From assembly GCF_037902255.1 (NCBI RefSeq), contig NZ_CP147990.1:3540001-3572000 (forward strand): DNA of 32,000 nucleotides, given 5' to 3'. This DNA is from Candidatus Electrothrix sp. GW3-4 (GTDB lineage Bacteria > Desulfobacterota > Desulfobulbia > Desulfobulbales > Desulfobulbaceae). How positions within the stretch are numbered: the first letter of the stretch is position 1; each line of letters opens with the position of its first letter. A program made the position numbers and the translations under genes. Below the pieces are notes generated by a model. It saw only the letters and a list, made by a program, of their open reading frames with translations, did no database searches and was not told the origin of the DNA. Shown here one piece after another: positions 24,478 through 32,000 of the stretch.

Positions 24478-25308
24478 TTACTCCACCACCCCCTCCGGCA
24501 TATCCGGCACCTGTTCTCCACCCAACACAAAGCCACCATCCATCCGGAGACAGGATCCGGTCATAAAGTCGGCATCTCGGATGAGAAAAAGCACAGCACG
24601 GGCAACTTCATCGAGCTGACCCGTTCGCCCTAACAGGGTATGATTCATCAGCTGTTCCTTTTCAGACTCTGTGAGAAGCTCCCAGCCTCGGGTCCCCGGT
24701 CCGTGCCTATGATCCACCAGTCCCAGCATCAGCTCGTTCACCCGAATACCTGGGGCCCCTAGCCTTGCCCAGGTCTCGGTCAACGATCTAACACCTCGGT
24801 TGGCAGCTGCATAGCCGTCGTTAAAAAGCAGTCCTGCTGGTCCCGAACGCCCGGTAAGAGCTGCTACAGAGGAGATATTCACCACAGCCGCCTGCTCCGC
24901 CTGACGGAGTAAAGGGAGGCAATGGTCAAAGACCAGCCATTTGGCATGCAGGGTGGTTTCCAGTTCCAGCTGCCATTGCTCCGCATTGACAAGACGCCGG
25001 TAGCTGCCATGCACCACGGGCATCCCCCCCCGCTCTATATTATTTACCAGAACATCAAGCGAACCAAATTCGGCTTCTATGCGCGCAACCATCTTCGCTA
25101 TGCTGCCAAGGTTGCGCAGGTCCACCTCCAGAGTAAGATGCCCGGCCTCCATAGCAGCAAACTCGGCCTCCATTTCCCGACAGGCATCTGGCCAGTCAAA
25201 CCAGGGAAGAAAGAGGCGCATTCCCGCGTCAGCCAGTTTTCGGGCTATCGCCCTTCCCACTCCCCTACTGGCACCAAGAACCAGTGCATTTTTTCCTCGT
25301 ATGTCCAT
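24478..25308 (-). CDS. SDR-family oxidoreductase (atypical active-site spacing)
   Basis: I prefer ATG 25308 (AGGAG lies 5 nt upstream). Cofactor motif VLGASRGVGRAIA. NISSVAA is followed by YAAAN where classical SDRs have YxxxK. C-terminus LRMDGG. Confidence 0.7.
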   Translation of the reverse strand: MDIRGKNALVLGASRGVGRAIARKLADAGMRLFLPWFDWPDACREMEAEFAAMEAGHLTLEVDLRNLGSIAKMVARIEAEFGSLDVLVNNIERGGMPVVHGSYRRLVNAEQWQLELETTLHAKWLVFDHCLPLLRQAEQAAVVNISSVAALTGRSGPAGLLFNDGYAAANRGVRSLTETWARLGAPGIRVNELMLGLVDHRHGPGTRGWELLTESEKEQLMNHTLLGRTGQLDEVARAVLFLIRDADFMTGSCLRMDGGFVLGGEQVPDMPEGVVE

Positions 25309-25559
25309 GTTACTCCTGCCCAAAGCCCTGTATGAGACATTGAAGTCAGCCCTCACCAAGCGCATCGCGAATGCTCGATAGGCTGAAAACTTCTTGAGTT
25401 CAAGATCACTCAATGGTTAAATGTAAGATTAGTAATTTCAAGCCGTCAACTTGGCAAATGCAATTGTATTGAACGAGCACTCGGCATGAACCCTCATGTC
25501 GCTTTCGGTGCATTATCCAACTTGATTCCTACACAGTAAATCCTTAACAAGGAAAAGAG

Positions 25560-26024
25560 ATGACTGAAGAAAAGGTAGAACAGCCGAATATTCCTGTTTT
25601 TCGCATGCAGAAAATTTATATAAAGGATCTCTCCTTTGAAAACCCCAATGCTCCACAAATATTTCTTCCTCAAGCTCAAGAGCCTAAGGTTGATTTCAAT
25701 CTCCAGCTTGGCAATAAAAAGGTTGATGATGACCATTACGAGGTTTCCATCTCAATCACAGCCAAGGTCCTTGATCAAAAAGCTGATGACACGGTTATGT
25801 TTGTAGTCGAACTTGAGCATGCTGCTATCTTTCTGCTGAAAAATATTCCAGCAGAGCATATTCAACGTGTTCTGGCGGTCGACTGTCCACTGATGCTCTT
25901 TCCCTTCACCCGCCAGGTTGCCTCCCAGCTTGCTGTTGATGGAGGCTTTATGCCCTTCCTTATGGAGCCGATTAACTTTGTCGCTCTGTACGAGAAGGCC
26001 CAGAAGCAACAAAAGGATTCTTAA
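25560..26024 (+). CDS. secB: Protein-export chaperone SecB
   Basis: FRMQKIYIKDLSFENPNAPQIF, AAIFLLKNIP, LFPFTRQVASQLAVDGGFMPFLMEPINF and an acidic/polar tail. Confidence 0.9.
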   Translation: MTEEKVEQPNIPVFRMQKIYIKDLSFENPNAPQIFLPQAQEPKVDFNLQLGNKKVDDDHYEVSISITAKVLDQKADDTVMFVVELEHAAIFLLKNIPAEHIQRVLAVDCPLMLFPFTRQVASQLAVDGGFMPFLMEPINFVALYEKAQKQQKDS

Positions 26025-26056
26025 TATCCCTCCCAGCGAGCACGAGTACAAAAAAA

Positions 26057-26089
26057 AGCCCGAACAGCTGAGCTGTTCGGGCTTTTTTT
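26057..26089. terminator. Bidirectional rho-independent terminator
   Basis: agcccgaacagc (26057-26068) pairs with gctgttcgggct (26072-26083). An A-run and a T-run flank it. It lies between convergent secB and the lipoprotein gene. Confidence 0.85.
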
Positions 26090-26107
26090 ACTTTTATAAA
26101 ACTCTTT

Positions 26108-27139
26108 TTAAGGAAGTCCGTACAGAACAAAGTTATTCATAAGGGCCGTTGTTGCCTTTCTGATTGCGTGCTCAAAAAGCGTATCGTACTGATTATCCGC
26201 AAGAACCGATTCAGGAGAAACCCGTACGTCAACTCGATTCGTCCAGACAATGCTGGCATCGTAGGCACTTTGCACCCAAATACGCATCTGAACCACCGCT
26301 TGATCGACTCTGCCGCCGTGTTGAGCCATATCACCGAGCATAGCGCCTGCAGCAGCCCATGCAATGGTATTGGCTCCTTCTCCGCCACTTATACCCAGAA
26401 AACCTTTGGAGTCATCTGGATTCCAGGGGTTATTTGCGCTGGCGCCAACAACAGTGCCCCAGGTCCCACCGGCCAGAATATTATCCCAGTTATCATACGT
26501 AGCTGAATCAGCAAATCCAAAGGCCATTCTACTGGTGCTCCCAATAGCAAAGGGAAGAATACCTCGTTTCCACGGTGCCCAGGTATGCTCCTGCCGGGTT
26601 CTGAACTCTAGGATACGGCCTCGAATGATGTAATCGACTCCAAACTGCCTGCCGATCTTCACAACTTCCTGAGAAGTCAGACCGTGCGTACCCGGCCCAT
26701 TTGGCCGCGCCGTGCTACTGCCGATATTCTGATGCTGCATATATCCCTGCAGCTTTTCCTTCATAACATCTGACCAATCAGGGTCCTTCAATTCATTGAC
26801 GAGCGATACAGAACCAGAATCATCATACGGTGCACTGCTGATAATTCCCTGATCAAGCAGATACTCAAAGACATCTTCCTGCACCGTTAAACGAAAACCA
26901 TTAATGGTCAGGTTGTCAGTTAATGACTCTGTAATCAGTATATTGCGCCGAAAAGCTGATGCAATATTATCACCATTACTGTAGTCAGCAAAGGGTAAGA
27001 TAACAACGGACATATCTTTGCCGCGTCCATTAGGATCCACCTGAGCCGGAACCATCAACGTTTCAACAGTATTTTTACCGCAACCAGTGAGTACACCGAT
27101 CAATACTATCCCGATGGATATGTATTTCAGCAGGTTCAT
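26108..27139 (-). CDS. Lipoprotein of unknown function, last gene of the pilus operon (N-terminal part resembles the CsgG/LpoB-type fold; low confidence)
   Basis: RBS AGGAG. Lipobox VLTGC. VVILPFADYSNGDNIASAFRRNILITESLTDNLTINGF and DYIIRGRILEF recall the CsgG/LpoB-like pattern. A Gly/Trp-rich segment follows (GGTWGTVVGASANNPWNPDD). Confidence 0.5.
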   Translation of the reverse strand: MNLLKYISIGIVLIGVLTGCGKNTVETLMVPAQVDPNGRGKDMSVVILPFADYSNGDNIASAFRRNILITESLTDNLTINGFRLTVQEDVFEYLLDQGIISSAPYDDSGSVSLVNELKDPDWSDVMKEKLQGYMQHQNIGSSTARPNGPGTHGLTSQEVVKIGRQFGVDYIIRGRILEFRTRQEHTWAPWKRGILPFAIGSTSRMAFGFADSATYDNWDNILAGGTWGTVVGASANNPWNPDDSKGFLGISGGEGANTIAWAAAGAMLGDMAQHGGRVDQAVVQMRIWVQSAYDASIVWTNRVDVRVSPESVLADNQYDTLFEHAIRKATTALMNNFVLYGLP

Positions 27140-27196
27140 ATGCTACTCCTAACTAGAGTGAAAAAAACTTAATATCTTTCTGGGGGGTTAATTATG

Positions 27197-29029
27197 CTAA
27201 ATAATACGAGGCCTGAGTAAAATAATGAGTTCACGTTTGGTCTTCTGTTTTTCCTCATAGCCAAACAGATATTTGAGATAGGGGATATTTTCTGTTCCGA
27301 AAAGAAAATCCCCATCACTGGCCTCTGTTTCGGAAATAAGTCCTCCGACCACCAACATTGAACCATTTTTCACCTTTACGGTTGTACTCATTTCCCGCTT
27401 ATTCACGACGGGGAGCCCAACCTGCCCATCACCGACCGTCACGTACTCAATCGGCTCAAGGAGCTCAGAGGTTATCGGCACTAAATTCATAACTATTTCA
27501 TCGTCTTTTTTTATGACAGCCGATAAAGCAAGCCCTATACCTGAAAGAAGCTGTTCTGTATTAATCGTGAATGTGGTTTTCGTATCAGTCGTTTCAGACT
27601 CGATGCTGTTAATAAAGGTAACCTCACGCCCAACGCTGATCAACGCGGGCTGGCCATTCATGACACTAATTTTCGGATTAGAGAGAACCGAGGTTTTCCC
27701 CTGCTCTTTCAAGGCATTGATAAACTTATCAAAGGAAAAGGACGCCAAGCTTAATCCGGTAATTGCTGTATTAGCCGCCCCACTGGTAATCAGCGTGGCT
27801 ATTGTGCTTCCCGAGCCGGTTACTGCCTCTCCGATGGTTGAGACAATGTTTTCACTGAGATTTTCTCCCAAATCTGTAGTGGTTAACGTTGATGAAGGTT
27901 CATCGCCTGTGACATCTTCGTTCTCTGTCGTTAGGCCAGTTGTATCCGTATTCGTCAGCGAATTGAGCGTTGTATTCGTTAAAGAATTTTCGCTACTATA
28001 TTCCTCATCCGTTGTTTTCCCGTAGTCTTTAGTTGCGAGTATAGATCCCCCGGCAAACGTCAAATTATTCAGCAAGGTCTGCCAGTTGATACCAAGAGAG
28101 GAATTATTTTTCAGCTGAACCTCAATAATTTTGGCCTCAATAATAATCTGTTTATAGAGCTCTCGCTCAAGGGTTTCCAGATAATTGGCAATCCTCTTCT
28201 GTAAGGATTTAGGGGCATGAACGGTTATCAGACCAACGGGTTTATCAATAGTATAACTCGATTCTGTCGATGATACTCTTCGGGAAGTTTGTTCAACGGG
28301 TTCTCCTTCCTGCTCATCTTTTTCGATATCACTATCACCCTTATCGCTCTTTTCAGGCGTCGTAATTGTTGCTCCCCATGTCGCAAGAAGACTGTCTATA
28401 TTATTCTGTATGTTCTCCCAAATATCAAATTTATTCCCCTTACTGTCAATGCGAACATCACTACCAAATGAATTGCCACCAATTGCTGTATTATACTCCT
28501 GCTTCACAAAGGGCATAGCAATCTGATATTGCTTTGTCTCTCTATACTTAATTATGAGTGTTGATCCCTGTACCTCATGAAAATAATCCAACTGACGCAG
28601 TATATTGTCAATAGCCTCATAAAAATTATCGTCGGCAGTGACATCAATGTCTACGAGAAGATCCTGATTTACATCGCTAGCCCAACTCAAGCTCATGTTT
28701 TTATTTCTAATCAGAGCCTTCATTGCCTCACGCAGACTTATTGGATCATGCGTTGTAATGTCAGCGCCAACCTTGAGCTGGAATTCATCAGAGGTCCCGC
28801 TATCGAGCATAGCGTTTGCCTCGTTATCGTTAATCATGTAGCCTGCTCTTTGAAAACGCTGAGGCAGCAGCGAAGGCTCTATCACCGTACGTTGCTTTTT
28901 TTCAGGAGCGGTGAGGCGAGCAGGCTGCTGATTCTCTTTTTCTGACTTTTCCCCTACGCATGAACAAAGAAGAAGGGCTGCTGCTGTCACCACAAAAATA
29001 CTATGCAATAATCGAGTATTGCTTTTCAT
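27197..29029 (-). CDS. Secretin (MshL/PilQ-like) with a lipoprotein signal and a Thr/Ser/Asn-rich insertion
   Basis: Lipobox-like LLLCSC. N-domain ISLREAMKALIRNKNMSLSW..NILRQLDYFHEVQGSTLIIKY. IIIEAKIIEVQL..LGINW. Secretin core VLSNPKISVMNGQPALISVG, VKNGSMLVVGGLI, NIPYLKYLFG and ELIILLRPRII. Confidence 0.85.
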   Translation of the reverse strand: MKSNTRLLHSIFVVTAAALLLCSCVGEKSEKENQQPARLTAPEKKQRTVIEPSLLPQRFQRAGYMINDNEANAMLDSGTSDEFQLKVGADITTHDPISLREAMKALIRNKNMSLSWASDVNQDLLVDIDVTADDNFYEAIDNILRQLDYFHEVQGSTLIIKYRETKQYQIAMPFVKQEYNTAIGGNSFGSDVRIDSKGNKFDIWENIQNNIDSLLATWGATITTPEKSDKGDSDIEKDEQEGEPVEQTSRRVSSTESSYTIDKPVGLITVHAPKSLQKRIANYLETLERELYKQIIIEAKIIEVQLKNNSSLGINWQTLLNNLTFAGGSILATKDYGKTTDEEYSSENSLTNTTLNSLTNTDTTGLTTENEDVTGDEPSSTLTTTDLGENLSENIVSTIGEAVTGSGSTIATLITSGAANTAITGLSLASFSFDKFINALKEQGKTSVLSNPKISVMNGQPALISVGREVTFINSIESETTDTKTTFTINTEQLLSGIGLALSAVIKKDDEIVMNLVPITSELLEPIEYVTVGDGQVGLPVVNKREMSTTVKVKNGSMLVVGGLISETEASDGDFLFGTENIPYLKYLFGYEEKQKTKRELIILLRPRII

Positions 29030-29089
29030 TATGCATTCCTTAAGAATAATTGTTTCTTATCGTTAAGTTAAGCTAATTGAACATTAGGC

Positions 29090-30712
29090 TTAATTTTTAC
29101 CGGTTTTACTCAGAATAAATTTTTTCAGATCCGGAGGTACCCGGAACCCGGCATGAAGAATAGCTTTATACTCTTTGCGAGCAGCTCCGTAATCCCCTAA
29201 CGAATCATAGATACGGGCTTGCGCAACCATCGAATTCAAATCTTGTCCGTAGAGATCCTCTAACTTCTCCAATAAACGCAGGGCAGCGTCATACTGCTTT
29301 TGTCGCTCACTGAAGGCTGCATAGCTGATTAAGGCCTCTCTACTTGGCTTTCCTGTATTAACACTTTGATCAAAATACTGCTGTGCTTGCCTATACTCTT
29401 CCATATTGGCATAGCCAATGGCGGCATTCAAGGCAGCTGCACTATTTTTCTTATCTGCTTTCAGGGCTTTTTTAGCAAAAAAAACAGCCTTTGCGTTTTG
29501 ATTGAGTTGAGCAAGATAGGTTGCTGAAATTTTATTGGCCAGTTTAGCGTTTTCAGGCCAACTACCAAGTGCTTTTTCGTAAAAACGAAGAGCTGTCTCA
29601 AGATCACCTTTTTTTTCAGCAGCTCTACCGTTGGCTATCAGCTTCTTTGCTTCAAGTTGCTCAGGCGGGATATTTTCTTCACCCGTAATAGTCACTCCTC
29701 TCTCTTTTTGTTCTTTTGTTATTTCCTCATTTTCTATAACAGATAGTTCAGCATTATCTTGCTGAGGCCAGACAAACTCTTTACTTTTCTGATAGATAAC
29801 AATAGTGTTCCCTCTCTCCATCTTTGCGAGATCCTTGAGATTCAAAATAATATCAAGAGCAAACTGCCAAGGAACATCCGTTAATGCAAGCGTTAAAGTA
29901 CCTGAGACGCCTTCTGCAATCACAATATTTTTACCGGTAATCTCCCGGAGCATTCTAAAAACATTATGGATATCAATTTTATAAAAATCTACACTAATCG
30001 TCTCGCTGTCCCCGATACCAATATTTGCCTTTCTTCCTGAATTCTCTGTTGATTCGCCCAGGTTTGCACTGGAACCACCAACAGAGCTCAGGACATCACT
30101 CATATCCGGCAAATGCTTATCAATGGTCTTCTGGTCAACACCTTTTTCTTGTGGCTCGGGTAAGGAAGGATCTTCTGTGGGCTGTTTTCCAGCTCCTGTC
30201 GTCGCTGGAGAAAGGTCGCTCTTTTTTTCATTACTGGTCTGCTCCTCCGTAAAAAAGCCTTCTAAAGTAAGAACAAGGTCGTTTTCGCTCCACTTCGTGC
30301 TAAAATGGTTTTTTTTAGGCAGGGTAAATTCAACGCGTACGAGCTCTGGAGAGACATCTTTTATTACCGTACTTGCAACCCCTACCCCATAGGACTCTGG
30401 CGACAGGGTGAGCTCAGCACCGGGTTTTATAGCGGCGTCAGCAATATCTATAACTATTTTAGGAGGCTTTGTAAGTTCAATAGGGATAAAATCCGCTTTT
30501 CCATTGCAATGAATAACAATTCCAAGATTCTTACCAGCAGGAGCAGCACTCAACCCGCTAATTAACACCTTTTCATTGCCGGTCTCCTCTACAGCAGCCC
30601 AAGCAGAGCGACTAACTACCAGCAGGGTGAGAAGCACCGTGCAATAAACAAAACAACAGGAGCTAAATGTTCTGCCTTGCCGCTGCATACTCGTCGAAAA
30701 AAAATGAGGCAT
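29090..30712 (-). CDS. AMIN domain + PilQ-type N0 domain + C-terminal TPR repeats (secretin-accessory fusion protein)
   Basis: Signal peptide ..SRSAWAA. AMIN-like KVLISGLSAAP..IVIHCNGKADFIPIELTKPPKIVIDI. N0-like SVDFYKIDIHNVFRMLREITGKNIVIAEGVSGTLTLALTDVPWQFALDIILN. Several TPR units follow (ALRFYEKALGSWPENAKL..., YRQAQQYFDQSV...). No secretin core is present. By my reading of the printed sequence the ATG falls 1 nt away from the track coordinate. I kept the track coordinates. Confidence 0.75.
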   Translation of the reverse strand: MPHFFSTSMQRQGRTFSSCCFVYCTVLLTLLVVSRSAWAAVEETGNEKVLISGLSAAPAGKNLGIVIHCNGKADFIPIELTKPPKIVIDIADAAIKPGAELTLSPESYGVGVASTVIKDVSPELVRVEFTLPKKNHFSTKWSENDLVLTLEGFFTEEQTSNEKKSDLSPATTGAGKQPTEDPSLPEPQEKGVDQKTIDKHLPDMSDVLSSVGGSSANLGESTENSGRKANIGIGDSETISVDFYKIDIHNVFRMLREITGKNIVIAEGVSGTLTLALTDVPWQFALDIILNLKDLAKMERGNTIVIYQKSKEFVWPQQDNAELSVIENEEITKEQKERGVTITGEENIPPEQLEAKKLIANGRAAEKKGDLETALRFYEKALGSWPENAKLANKISATYLAQLNQNAKAVFFAKKALKADKKNSAAALNAAIGYANMEEYRQAQQYFDQSVNTGKPSREALISYAAFSERQKQYDAALRLLEKLEDLYGQDLNSMVAQARIYDSLGDYGAARKEYKAILHAGFRVPPDLKKFILSKTGKN

Positions 30713-30713
30713 T

Positions 30714-30785
30714 TTTATTTATCTCCCTCTTTTTTCAAATACATTATTATTTCCTTTGTAACAACTCTACCTGTTATTGTGCTCT
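30714..30785 (-). repeat. Duplicated copy of the pilP 3' end (gene-end remnant)
   Basis: 30718-30785 aligns with 30899-30966 (ttatctccctcttttttca.a..cattat.atttcctttgt.acaac.ctacc.gtt). On the minus strand it still reads TGRVVTKEIIMYLKKEGDK*, compared with TGRVVTKEIIMRLKKEGDK* for pilP. Confidence 0.7.
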
Positions 30786-30894
30786 ACGTTGCTCTCAATT
30801 TGACTGACGAGACTTCACCTCTTCTTGAGCCTCTATTCAGATAATACCCTTTTCAGAAGCATCTTCTACTATTGCCATCCGCTCCTTTCTCGCC

Positions 30895-31416
30895 CTACTT
30901 ATCTCCCTCTTTTTTCAGACGCATTATAATTTCCTTTGTTACAACCCTACCAGTTTTCGTCTTGTAACTTTCTGTTATCTCAACCTGTTCTTCTGTTATC
31001 CTATTGATAATGCCATGCCGACCAATAAGCATATTTTCATCCAAACGATATCCTTTTCCAGCAATATCTTCAGCCATTGCAACATTTTTGTTCCCGATTT
31101 TCAACAAGGCAACCAATCTCAGTTGTCCTGGTTCAAAAAGCTGCATCCCAGTTAATGCTTTTCCTTCTCCTTCGTCTATCGGACTCTCGTCTAGCTCGTC
31201 TCTCCCGCGGTCTTGGGAAAGAAAGGGAAGAAAGGGATCAGGCCTATCTTCAAACTTATATTGAAACTTATCTACGTCTCGAATGTTCTGCCCTTCCTCT
31301 GCTTGCTTACTTTCATTCGAAAAATCAGTTTCTGCTGCCCAAACTACTCCACGAGCTACTCCAAAAACGAATAGCGTAACTACAGACAATATACATCTTT
31401 TCACGATAAGCTTCAT
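30895..31416 (-). CDS. pilP: Type IV pilus assembly protein PilP-like
   Basis: Signal/anchor ILSVVTLFVFGVARG. RPDPFLPF motif. Beta-domain LRLVALLKIGNKNVAMAEDIAGKGYRLDENMLIGRHGIINRITEEQVEI. Confidence 0.75.
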   Translation of the reverse strand: MKLIVKRCILSVVTLFVFGVARGVVWAAETDFSNESKQAEEGQNIRDVDKFQYKFEDRPDPFLPFLSQDRGRDELDESPIDEGEGKALTGMQLFEPGQLRLVALLKIGNKNVAMAEDIAGKGYRLDENMLIGRHGIINRITEEQVEITESYKTKTGRVVTKEIIMRLKKEGDK

Positions 31417-31435
31417 TGAATCTTCTGGCCTGTCA

Positions 31436-32000
31436 CTATTTTCGTTTCTTTTGAGCCTGAGCTTGAGCGCGGCGTTCTTCCTCGCTGAGGAAACGATAGG
31501 TGAGCAAATTGCAGGAGGAGCTCAGCATCATCTCACCCTCTACGTTCTTAGGACTACCCATTTTTATATCTTTAACGGTCACGATCCGTTCTAATTTACT
31601 CACTTGGTCGAGAAAATAGCCAACGTTATGATAGGGACCAGTGATCTGAATGCTGATGGGGATCTCAGCATAGAACTCCTTTGGTGTTTCTTGCCTTGGA
31701 GTAAATGAATTAAAATCAAGTCCAGCACTTGTCCCATGATCAGAAATACCGGTAAGTAATGCAGGAATTTCCTTGGTTTTTGGCAGGACAATAGCAATCT
31801 CTTCAAATCGCTTTTCGACCTCCTCAAGTTCCTTCTGATGTCGCTCTAAATTCTTCGCAGCTTTTTTAGCCTTATCCACATCGGCCTGCAATGATTTATT
31901 TTCCGACTCCAGCCCCTTTATCTTTTCTAAATTTGGTGCAAACACAAAAAAATAAAAGCCTGCAATCAAGGCAGCAACAATACCAACAGCAACAGCTACC
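31436..32000 (-). CDS. pilO: Type IV pilus assembly protein PilO-like. The N-terminus lies outside the window.
   Basis: The frame stays open to the window edge (..VAVAVGIVAALIAGFYFFVF). Coiled coil LESENKSLQADVDKAKKAAKNLERHQKELEEVEKR. IPALLTGISDHGTSAGLDFNSFTP, IPISIQITGPYHNVGYFLDQVSKLERIVTV. Confidence 0.8.
   Translation of the reverse strand, partial: VAVAVGIVAALIAGFYFFVFAPNLEKIKGLESENKSLQADVDKAKKAAKNLERHQKELEEVEKRFEEIAIVLPKTKEIPALLTGISDHGTSAGLDFNSFTPRQETPKEFYAEIPISIQITGPYHNVGYFLDQVSKLERIVTVKDIKMGSPKNVEGEMMLSSSCNLLTYRFLSEEERRAQAQAQKKRK

Noticed and set aside
24481-24524. Degenerate copy of the ssrA 3' end as the attR of the islet (ctccacca at 24481-24488; ccggcacct at 24504-24512, then ccaccca)
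   Set aside because: The matches are only 8-9 nt, are in the wrong relative order, and are interrupted. They also lie inside the C-terminal codons of the SDR gene. The location at the islet edge is suggestive, but the evidence is too weak without a genome-wide comparison.

Overview
No database search was possible, so every family name here comes from motif recognition by eye. The window reads as a chromosomal segment of a Desulfobacterota (deltaproteobacterial, Desulfobulbales-like) genome. That placement is an inference from gene content, the tmRNA tag ADDYNYAMAA and a predicted selenoprotein. Content from left to right: (1) A 5'-truncated propeller/Y_Y_Y class III nucleotide cyclase. (2) A 'dedicated proteobacterial sortase' locus. 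The VIT-vWA substrate and an ATGA-coupled sortase lie on the minus strand, and the OmpR-type regulator and sensor kinase lie on the plus strand. A P460-type cytochrome gene, a CAP/PR-1 gene and a ~99-bp MITE separate the two halves. A second small operon (78-aa paralog of the substrate signal region plus a zinc-ribbon protein) sits behind a near-identical box architecture. (3) Two tandem paralogous repeat proteins with a C-terminal peptidoglycan-binding domain. (4) A bifunctional aldolase/SDR. (5) A biotin operon (bioF-bioG-bioC) headed by an unannotated ArsC/Spx-fold ORF with an in-frame TGA (UxxC, predicted selenocysteine). (6) tRNA-Arg(ACG), smpB and ssrA. (7) An AT-richer islet next to ssrA. 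It holds twelve phased ~21-bp palindrome-core repeats, one integron-type gene cassette (TM-methyltransferase plus a 60-bp attC), an Abi-N-terminal chimera, fic, and an hsdR stub interrupted by a second MITE copy. (8) An SDR gene and secB. (9) The distal part of a type IV pilus/MSHA-like operon: pilO, pilP, an AMIN-N0-TPR protein, a separate lipoprotein secretin and a lipoprotein. The most novel candidates are the duplicated regulated module of the sortase system, the Sec-containing bio-operon leader gene, the ssrA-flanking repeat array with an orphan cassette, and the split secretin.
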